This document shows, piece by piece, positions 35,898-43,128 of a stretch of DNA of 64,000 bases (its first letter is position 1; each line of letters begins with the position of its first letter). The position numbers and the translations under genes are program-made. This DNA comes from a virus (lineage: Duplodnaviria > Caudoviricetes): positions 96,001 through 160,000 of the IMG/VR virus record IMGVR_UViG_3300038530_003085. One strand, written 5' to 3'. The notes under the pieces were generated by a model, which was not told the origin of the DNA, searched no databases, and saw only the letters and a program-made list of their open reading frames with translations.

Positions 35898-36703
35898 GCA
35901 TTTTCTTTAAAAGTGTTCTTACCCTTGGCACCACGTTCAGCAGTTTTATCTAATAGTGCTTTGTATGCGATTGACCAAGATGCAGGTAGAAGCTTGGTTC
36001 CAGTAGATTTTGAATTGTAAAAGTTACCTTGCCCTTCGGAACCCCATTTATTGAAATCTCTAACTAAATCTGCTAAGGCTTGAATTTCCATTGTTTGGTA
36101 ATACTGCTTTAGATCTTCTTTTTCTGCCCCACGAGTAAAAGTATCTTTGTATCCATCAGGAAGGCTATCATATGGAACATATGTTATATATACGCCGCCC
36201 CTTGCGGTTTGTTGCATTTTACCTGTGCTCTCAACATCACCTTTTGAAACAAATTCGGCTTCAAGTCGGTCCATAGCAATATTTTTTGCCTTGTCAGCAC
36301 CAACACCCTTTGCCAAGTCTGCGGGTATGTCACCTTCGCGGCCGCTGGCATCGATGGCTTTCTGAATGAAGTCAGCGCGCGCGGCGGACATGTTTTGGCT
36401 AGCATCAAGAGCGTTCTGAATCTGTTCCGCTGCTGCCGGGGTTACCCCAACACCATCAAGCTGCTGTACGTCTGATGCTATTTGACCTCCAAAAGCAAGT
36501 GCTGCCATAACAGTAATCGGTACGGCAGCTTTCTTAGCGGCACTTTTAATTGCATCAAGAACGGTTTTTTCCAATAAGATTGTTTGTTCTTCTGTCAAGC
36601 CAAGTTGCATTTCTGCAATAACTTCGGTAATTGTTTGCTTAACAATACGAAGCTCTACTTCTTCGCGAATAATTTCTTTTAGTCTAGTTTCAGTAATTAA
36701 CAT
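35894..36703 (-). CDS. Leader-family protein (MLITETRLKEIIREE) with an internal hydrophobic helix
   Basis: Shared leader; AAVPITVMAALAFGG hydrophobic segment; late motif at 36733-36740. Confidence 0.7.
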   Translation of the reverse strand: MLITETRLKEIIREEVELRIVKQTITEVIAEMQLGLTEEQTILLEKTVLDAIKSAAKKAAVPITVMAALAFGGQIASDVQQLDGVGVTPAAAEQIQNALDASQNMSAARADFIQKAIDASGREGDIPADLAKGVGADKAKNIAMDRLEAEFVSKGDVESTGKMQQTARGGVYITYVPYDSLPDGYKDTFTRGAEKEDLKQYYQTMEIQALADLVRDFNKWGSEGQGNFYNSKSTGTKLLPASWSIAYKALLDKTAERGAKGKNTFKENA

Positions 36704-36705
36704 TA

Positions 36706-37644
36706 TTAAACTGCCGAGAGTAAATCTAGCAATAAATAGTTGTCAGCATCAATAAAAGATGCATTCTTTTTTCTTTGTTCAAATACAGATTTGGGCATTG
36801 AACCAACGTCTTCGTATCCAGACACATCTATTTTGTGAAGTTCAATATCGTATTGTAGAAGCATTTTAATAATCCTTCTTTCTTTGTCTGCTGCATCTGG
36901 GTCAAGGGCGATATAGATTGGGGTGTCGTTCCGTACAATCTTTCGTAATAAGTCGGACCCCGACCGTAGGGTTGAACCCAGAATAGGAACAGCATTTCCG
37001 GCGACCAGTGCATCAAAAACTCCTTCGACCAATACTAGGTCTTTATTCCAGTCGATATATAGTTCGTTAAAGGTTATATCTTTAGAGGCTCTTGGATTTT
37101 TATACTTGTAAGAATCACCAGTATATGAGCGTGCAATAAAATAACTCACATCCCCATCTTCGTCAAACGATGGTATGATAATTCTATTACGATATTCGCC
37201 ATTAAAACAATAACCGATTTTCCATTTGAGAATATCGGCTTTGGTTATACCGCGCTTCATTAGATAATTATAAGCATATACTGCAGTGGCTGGTAGCTTA
37301 TCGGCTGCAAGACTTAAGAACTCATCTGGTAGTTCTAGCTTTTGTACAATTTTTTCAGGCTTGTCATCCATAAAGAGGTCATTAAATCTCTCCAAATCTT
37401 GACGCCCGAATATTTGGTCCCACGCAGCAAGTTGGTTATAGTTGCCAAACCGACGCACAACACGCCTAATATTCCGGCCGCGATAATCACAAATCCAACA
37501 TTTGTAGACATTTTTATCAACATTAACAGAAAACTTACGTTTGTGATGGTGGCAGACCGGACAAGTGAATAACATCTCAGAGCCTTTGTCATGACAATTT
37601 CCCAAGACACCTTGCAATATTTTTTTAGCCTGTCCATTTTTCAT
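36706..37644 (-). CDS. DNA primase (DnaG/TOPRIM, T4 gp61-like)
   Basis: Zn finger CPVC.H...CWIC; RIIIP; YKNP; LVEGVFD; IALDPDA. Confidence 0.9.
   Translation of the reverse strand: MKNGQAKKILQGVLGNCHDKGSEMLFTCPVCHHHKRKFSVNVDKNVYKCWICDYRGRNIRRVVRRFGNYNQLAAWDQIFGRQDLERFNDLFMDDKPEKIVQKLELPDEFLSLAADKLPATAVYAYNYLMKRGITKADILKWKIGYCFNGEYRNRIIIPSFDEDGDVSYFIARSYTGDSYKYKNPRASKDITFNELYIDWNKDLVLVEGVFDALVAGNAVPILGSTLRSGSDLLRKIVRNDTPIYIALDPDAADKERRIIKMLLQYDIELHKIDVSGYEDVGSMPKSVFEQRKKNASFIDADNYLLLDLLSAV
36733..36740 (-). promoter_or_regulatory. Putative late promoter ACTATTTA inside the 3' end of the primase gene
   Basis: Exact motif 30 nt upstream of the ATG of the leader-family gene at 36703. Confidence 0.6.
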
Positions 37645-37868
37645 TCATCACCTATAATAGTATAGAAGCCATCTCTTATTGGTATAACACCTAGTGAACT
37701 TTGTTTAAAAAAGTAAGCGTGCACCGTATTACTTTCACTCTCAATTCTGACCACTATACCACAATCTTCTATTTCGGTAAACTTGAAATTAATTTGTTTA
37801 GCTGGTGGGACAGCAGTATACCAACTTCTTTTTATTAAATCTCCAACTTTCACTTTGCGGCTTGGCAC
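37641..37868 (-). CDS. Small hypothetical protein (KVGDL, SH3/KOW-like)
   Basis: KVKVGDLIK...GIVVRI beta pattern; coupled to its neighbours. Confidence 0.55.
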   Translation of the reverse strand: MPSRKVKVGDLIKRSWYTAVPPAKQINFKFTEIEDCGIVVRIESESNTVHAYFFKQSSLGVIPIRDGFYTIIGDE

Positions 37869-38782
37869 TTCAGATTCTCTCGGTATCGTAGTAGTGCTAA
37901 CTCCTTGTGCTTAGCTTCAATCATAATATCAAACTCGTGGCCATAATTGTTCAGTGTGTTGTACACAAGATCTGAATGTGCTTGTGGTTTAATCTTGGGA
38001 TTGTTGTGCTCAAGTGAGCGAGACTCGGCATAATGCACAACAGGCTTGATGTCACCCCAAGTAGACAATGCTAACTCAAGTGCCTCTTGTTCTGTCTGGC
38101 CCCCGGGATGCAACATGTGATGATGATAATCAAACACAATTGGGATACCAATACGCTTGTATACTCCCTCATACAGTTCCAATGTGGAGTACAATGAAGT
38201 CTTATCGTCGTTCTCAACTGTCAAGCGTGAGCGCACGTTGTCAGGCAGGCGCTCAAAATTACGGCAGAAATTGTCAAGGGCAAAAGGTTTATCACCATAG
38301 GCCGCACCAACGTGAATATTAAGCTTGGCATATGGTGTACGAGGTAAACCCATAAGATCAAATAAATCACCGTGGACTGATAAATCAGTCTTAGTCAATT
38401 CAAACACACGCTCTTTGGGTGATGCTAGCTTGTTAAACGGCCCCGGATGGGCTGTAAGCCTCATTCCGTGCTTACGGGCAAAGTTACCTGCCTTAAGGGC
38501 AGCAGCGTGTATAGCGCCAAAATTAGGCAGTTCTGTGAGATCGTATTCAGATGCCCACGGAATAATGTCGGAGGAAAGACGATAAAAGTAAATATCGTGT
38601 TCTAAATTCCATTCAAGAATAGTATATAAGTCACGTAAATTCTGTAGTGCAAGCTCTGCAGCGTATTCAATTCCACGCTCATCAAATGTGCGCCTAATCA
38701 TACTGCGGTTAGTAGTGATACGTTGCGACTTTGGCAACGAAGAAAAACCCATATTGATACAGGCATAGCCCAAGTAATTCAT
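37850..38782 (-). CDS. uvsE: UV DNA damage endonuclease (UvsE/UVDE)
   Basis: LGYACIN, FYRLSSD, RLTAHPG.F..L.S, NIHVG, RLTVENDD, IPIVFDYHHH, VHY.ES, AHSD, DIMIEAK.KELA. Confidence 0.95.
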   Translation of the reverse strand: MNYLGYACINMGFSSLPKSQRITTNRSMIRRTFDERGIEYAAELALQNLRDLYTILEWNLEHDIYFYRLSSDIIPWASEYDLTELPNFGAIHAAALKAGNFARKHGMRLTAHPGPFNKLASPKERVFELTKTDLSVHGDLFDLMGLPRTPYAKLNIHVGAAYGDKPFALDNFCRNFERLPDNVRSRLTVENDDKTSLYSTLELYEGVYKRIGIPIVFDYHHHMLHPGGQTEQEALELALSTWGDIKPVVHYAESRSLEHNNPKIKPQAHSDLVYNTLNNYGHEFDIMIEAKHKELALLRYRENLKCQAAK

Positions 38783-38798
38783 AACAACCTCCACACTA

Positions 38799-38827
38799 AC
38801 TATAGCCTACTTGAAGTGGCTTGTCAA
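38799..38827 (-). promoter_or_regulatory. Consensus sigma70 early promoter TTGACA-17-TATAGT
   Basis: Minus strand TTGACA agccacttcaagtaggc TATAGT, then GGAGG and the uvsE ATG. Confidence 0.85.
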
Positions 38828-38840
38828 CTTAAACATATAA

Positions 38841-39077
38841 TTATTCTGCACGATACCATAGCAGTAATACTGAAGATGGCAATTGCTCAGTGATTCCATT
38901 ATCTAACCACAGTACAGTCACGCGATCTTGAGTTTCAGGATTTTCCAAGGTAGTAAAAATCCAAGCTGCTCTTTCAATTGAAATAACTATTCCGTTCCAT
39001 CTATTCCTATCACTTGGAACAATCAGTTCTTTTTCAGTTACAATATCACCAATCTTAAATATTTTGTTTCTACTCAC
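38841..39077 (-). CDS. Small hypothetical protein (FKIGDIV, SH3/KOW-like)
   Basis: KIGDIV...GIVISI...VTVLWL; resembles 37641-37868. Confidence 0.55.
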   Translation of the reverse strand: MSRNKIFKIGDIVTEKELIVPSDRNRWNGIVISIERAAWIFTTLENPETQDRVTVLWLDNGITEQLPSSVLLLWYRAE

Positions 39078-39084
39078 AAAATAA

Positions 39085-39651
39085 CTAGCGTTGACTTTCT
39101 ATATCCCATCCAGCTTTCGCAATTATAATAGCATCAGCGCGATCATAACTCTCCGGTCTCGGGTTACCATGTTTGGTATACTCTATGTGAAATGCTGGCT
39201 CTGTCTGTAACAAATGCTCTAATACTACTTGCTTGGCTTTTTGGCCGCGTGGTACCTTGATCCCAACCTGTTTGCGTGCGGAAGTGGCTCCAATATACTC
39301 AGGACGTATTTCAAAAACTTCAAAGAGTAACCAAGACACGATACCATTAAATCTTTGAAGTGCTGCCATTGTTTTGCCAGAAGAGCCACCAGAATTAAAA
39401 AATGTAAAAGGCTGTTCAATATAAATGTGCTCAATGGGAAACTTGGCGTCACCAAAACCTGCCGAAGAATTATCATCATTATTAAGCTGATACATTTCAT
39501 ACAGGTCAAGTATTTTTTCTTTTATTGCAATTGTTTTATCAAAAACATTTTTGTATTTTCTCAAATCAATAGAATCATAATATACAAGTTGATCGTCAGC
39601 TATTACAGCAAATCCCGTGATACTGGTTGATACGTCTACACCTAAAATCAT
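39085..39651 (-). CDS. ruvC: RuvC-like Holliday junction resolvase
   Basis: MILGVDVSTSITGFAV, IYIEQP and D.ADAI acidic catalytic motifs. Confidence 0.85.
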   Translation of the reverse strand: MILGVDVSTSITGFAVIADDQLVYYDSIDLRKYKNVFDKTIAIKEKILDLYEMYQLNNDDNSSAGFGDAKFPIEHIYIEQPFTFFNSGGSSGKTMAALQRFNGIVSWLLFEVFEIRPEYIGATSARKQVGIKVPRGQKAKQVVLEHLLQTEPAFHIEYTKHGNPRPESYDRADAIIIAKAGWDIESQR

Positions 39652-39663
39652 AATGGTATTCTA

Positions 39664-40935
39664 CTATATATCCAACTTAATCTTAAATGCTAAATCGTTT
39701 TCTTCTTCTTTAAGTACAGGATTTGCCAAAGTTGCAACACCTATAAGATTTTTATCCTCATCATAAATACCTATCCTTGAAATAAAGACTTGTCTTTTAA
39801 ACGGTTCATTATGGCTAGCAAAACTAGAAGATGCAATATTCTTTATTGTTCTTTTAGGATTTTCTTCAAATATGGTTGAGCTTGTTTGTAAAAGATAATT
39901 TTGTCCTTTAGTTACAAACGTTGGGTTGTTAGAATAATTAGCTTCACCTCTGGCAGCTTTTGCAAACATCGTATATACTTGTGTAGTGTTTTCAGCCTCA
40001 AAGTTAATACCAAATGATGCAGATGCAAATGCTACATCGGCTCTATCTGGATTAATCTTGCTGTCATTGCCACCTACTCCAAAGTATAGCCATTTAGGCT
40101 TTACAAGACCGCCTGATGTTAATCCATCATTCAGTGGTAGGCTGACAGCAGGATCAACTTCCCAAGAGCCAGTCAGCATAATAACACCTTCGTTATATAG
40201 AACAACTCCAGCAACAAGACCATTACCAGTTGAATTAGAGCTTGTAACTTCTATAAGCTCACCGTTTTCTTTTGTATCTCTAATCTCAGCAGCCAATGTG
40301 CCGCTTACATACCATTTTAAGCAAACGGAACCCGGGTTGATTCTGCTACCATAAAATATAGAAGGTATATACAAAACATTTATAGCTTGTTCGGCTTTAT
40401 TCCATCCTGACTCAAAATCAGATTGAACTCTATAATGCTCACTATATCTAGCGTAGTGATTAAGTCTATTTTTTAATGCAAAGAAATGAGGATGTGATGG
40501 AATACCAGCAGATGCAGTAACAACACCGGTTTCAGTATTAATAACTGGGCCACGAGCACCTGCTGCTGGGCTCATAAATTCTCTAGATATCGAAGCAGTC
40601 ATGGGGTAAAACCCTTCGATGCGATCTCCGTATTGAAACTCTGTCGAGTATGTTGTAGGAGCTACAGTTTTAAACGAGGCGCCAGCAGAATCCTTAGTGA
40701 TAAAAGGGACTATAGGATTGTTAGAGCCTGTGAGCCTGTCAATATTGTATTCATATAAACTCACGCCACCACTAAAACTGGCAGTAATTCCCAAAATAGC
40801 ATCGGAATAAGAGCCAGACTCATGTCTTTTGTCATTGAAGTATATTCTACCGTTGTATATGAAGAAGTCCACTATTGGGTGGGTCTTCATTGTGTTCAGT
40901 AGAACATCATTTTTACCGAACTTACGGTAAGACAT
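39664..40935 (-). CDS. Baseplate / tail-fibre attachment protein
   Basis: C-terminal FISRIGIYDEDKNLIGVATLANPVLK...FKIKLDI; paralogous to the next gene. Confidence 0.55.
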   Translation of the reverse strand: MSYRKFGKNDVLLNTMKTHPIVDFFIYNGRIYFNDKRHESGSYSDAILGITASFSGGVSLYEYNIDRLTGSNNPIVPFITKDSAGASFKTVAPTTYSTEFQYGDRIEGFYPMTASISREFMSPAAGARGPVINTETGVVTASAGIPSHPHFFALKNRLNHYARYSEHYRVQSDFESGWNKAEQAINVLYIPSIFYGSRINPGSVCLKWYVSGTLAAEIRDTKENGELIEVTSSNSTGNGLVAGVVLYNEGVIMLTGSWEVDPAVSLPLNDGLTSGGLVKPKWLYFGVGGNDSKINPDRADVAFASASFGINFEAENTTQVYTMFAKAARGEANYSNNPTFVTKGQNYLLQTSSTIFEENPKRTIKNIASSSFASHNEPFKRQVFISRIGIYDEDKNLIGVATLANPVLKEEENDLAFKIKLDI

Positions 40936-40936
40936 T

Positions 40937-42046
40937 TTAGTAGTCCAGTCGAACTCTAAGAGTCAATTCGTTTTGCGGTGTTTTCTTAAGAGGCTCGGAA
41001 AGCTTAGCAACCGCAAGTAGTTCGTTTCTTGCATTGTAAAGCCCAACAGTGGTAACATAAGATACAGGTAAGTCACTAGCTTCATTCTTAACTTGAATCT
41101 TACTGTTCCGAGTATAAGTTGGGTTAGAACTATAGTTAAACTTGTTGACAGGTAGCCTACAGAAATAAATTGTAGAGTTAATCTCAGTAGAGTTATTAAA
41201 GCTAATGTTGTAAATACGATGTCTAAAAGCATCACAAGAAGCAGAAATAGCAGAGCCAGTCATCAAGGCGTCAATAGTCTCCATACCACCAGTACTGCCA
41301 GTTCCAAAATCTGTGATTGGTGTTTTATCTAGTGGATTACCGGCAGCTTTACTGAAGACTGATGCGGTTACAACTGCAATACCAGCTTGATAAAACACAA
41401 CACCAGATCCAGATGTATACCCATTACCAAATGTTCCATCACCATTGTTTGCATATAACACTCCATAATCGCCACCAATTGTAGGTGTTGTGCCTCCGTT
41501 GGCAGATGCAGATGCGTCTTGAAGTAGTAAACGAGAACCACCGGGTGTAGTAAAGGGAGAAGCGAACGAGCCTGTACCAAGCTCTATACTAAATGTTCCT
41601 TTCTTAATCTGATCTTTTGTTATTAATCTTGAGAAAGGAATAATAACAACTTCTTTCATTTGACCTGTGCCGTCTAACTCTAAATCACTTTCAAATCTTC
41701 TAACTCTATTTGCTGAGCCAGTGAAACCAAACAATAGTTGAGTAAACTGATTGTAGATATTGATTTTCTTACTGTTCTGAACCGATGCCGAACTGCTTAA
41801 TGGCGAGGACTCATCATAAGCGAATGTAATGTCATAGATGTGGTTAGCTGAGGAACTCAAGAATGGATAGTCAAAAACAGACTGAAACATACCGTGAGTA
41901 TAGTTTTTGATGTTAAAACTGGTGCCGTCAGGACTATCATATGTGCCACTAGCTAATGTTCCTGTTAATGGCAATACTTCATGTAAAATAGTTTTAGTTG
42001 TTGTTGAATCAGTGTTTACGTCTAAGACTTCGTAAGTTGATGGCAT
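40937..42046 (-). CDS. Baseplate / tail-fibre attachment protein
   Basis: FNYSSNPTY; C-terminal YVTTVGLYNARNELLAVAKLSEPLKK...LRVRLDY. Confidence 0.55.
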   Translation of the reverse strand: MPSTYEVLDVNTDSTTTKTILHEVLPLTGTLASGTYDSPDGTSFNIKNYTHGMFQSVFDYPFLSSSANHIYDITFAYDESSPLSSSASVQNSKKINIYNQFTQLLFGFTGSANRVRRFESDLELDGTGQMKEVVIIPFSRLITKDQIKKGTFSIELGTGSFASPFTTPGGSRLLLQDASASANGGTTPTIGGDYGVLYANNGDGTFGNGYTSGSGVVFYQAGIAVVTASVFSKAAGNPLDKTPITDFGTGSTGGMETIDALMTGSAISASCDAFRHRIYNISFNNSTEINSTIYFCRLPVNKFNYSSNPTYTRNSKIQVKNEASDLPVSYVTTVGLYNARNELLAVAKLSEPLKKTPQNELTLRVRLDY

Positions 42047-42059
42047 TTATAATCTCCGT

Positions 42060-43091
42060 TTATGATGCTGCATTTCTAATAATTCTTATTGGCAATTGCA
42101 AAGTCGCCTGTGTTGCATTCCCTTGAACATATACTACTGTATCGATGTAGTCATATGTCTGAGAACTAGCACCTTGTGATTGTGCAACTTTACCATATAC
42201 TGTATAATCATCTAATGAAAGGTCTGGATTTATTGTTATTCCAAGTGTTCCAAAGCTAGCTCTAGGTCCATTAATAGCTGAGAAGTTTGTTGATGAATCA
42301 TTACCACTATTATTGGCGTGAAAATACACTCTGTTCAAACCACCGTTGACAGTGGCTTGAACATAGTTAGCTACCGTTGTAGTATCAGTGGATGGGGTTG
42401 CGTCAACAAGGTTGCCAATCACCAATCTTGCCGTGACCTGTGCACTTGCGGTGTTATTGGCAAATTCTGCTTGGGCACTTTGGCCCTGAACAGAAGCGAT
42501 AAATCGACTATCGTATGAAACAGTAAAGTTTTGATCATTGAGGCCAACTGACAAAATGTAGTTTGATTGATTAGCAGACGATGGTGTTGGTGTGCTATTC
42601 GCAGGTGTGTTGATACCTGTCTCAAAAAGGATAAATTTGCCTGTGCCACGATCACCACTAATCATTATAGCTTCATCGCCGCCCAAATCAGTAGATAATT
42701 GAGTTGATGTCAAAGGTGTACCAGTATCATTGGCGAGATAGATGACGCCATTTGTATGTTTCTTTACTACAGACGCCATCGCAGTACCAGACTTTTGATT
42801 CATCTCAATCGCTGGTAAATACAATAAATCTTGTCTAGGGTAGGATAAAAGGCCGTAATTAATGTTAGCATTGATTTGGGTGAAAGCTTCTAATACAGGG
42901 GTTTGTAAAATTTCCAAATCATAATAAGCAGAACCCGATGGATGATCTTTGTTATAGAGACCGTAGTCAATCTCATCATCACCAATTGCAAACTTGGAGA
43001 TACTAAAGTCTCCCTGTGCCATTCTTTTACGCCCTACATCTGTAAGCACAGCGTCAAGAATAATATCTCCACTGTTATCTAAAAATGCCAT
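42060..43091 (-). CDS. Baseplate / tail-fibre attachment protein
   Basis: N-terminal DAVLTDVGRKRMAQGDFSISKFAIGDDEIDY; late motif upstream. Confidence 0.55.
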   Translation of the reverse strand: MAFLDNSGDIILDAVLTDVGRKRMAQGDFSISKFAIGDDEIDYGLYNKDHPSGSAYYDLEILQTPVLEAFTQINANINYGLLSYPRQDLLYLPAIEMNQKSGTAMASVVKKHTNGVIYLANDTGTPLTSTQLSTDLGGDEAIMISGDRGTGKFILFETGINTPANSTPTPSSANQSNYILSVGLNDQNFTVSYDSRFIASVQGQSAQAEFANNTASAQVTARLVIGNLVDATPSTDTTTVANYVQATVNGGLNRVYFHANNSGNDSSTNFSAINGPRASFGTLGITINPDLSLDDYTVYGKVAQSQGASSQTYDYIDTVVYVQGNATQATLQLPIRIIRNAAS

Positions 43092-43108
43092 TTTGTTACC
43101 TCTTCCTA

Positions 43109-43116
43109 TAAATAGT
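43109..43116 (-). promoter_or_regulatory. Putative late promoter ACTATTTA
   Basis: Exact motif in the intergenic gap before a GAGG SD and the ATG at 43091. Confidence 0.65.
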
Positions 43117-43128
43117 ATTGATTTTTAG

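Noticed and set aside
24701-37644. Inteins or introns in terminase, Mre11-Rad50 or primase
   Set aside because: Motif spacing and lengths are normal; no intein (C...HN) or homing-endonuclease motifs seen.
14680-43114. T4 late promoter TATAAATA on the plus strand (14680-14687, 43107-43114)
   Set aside because: Wrong strand for any gene; better explained as the reverse complement of the sense-strand (A/C)CTATTTA motif.
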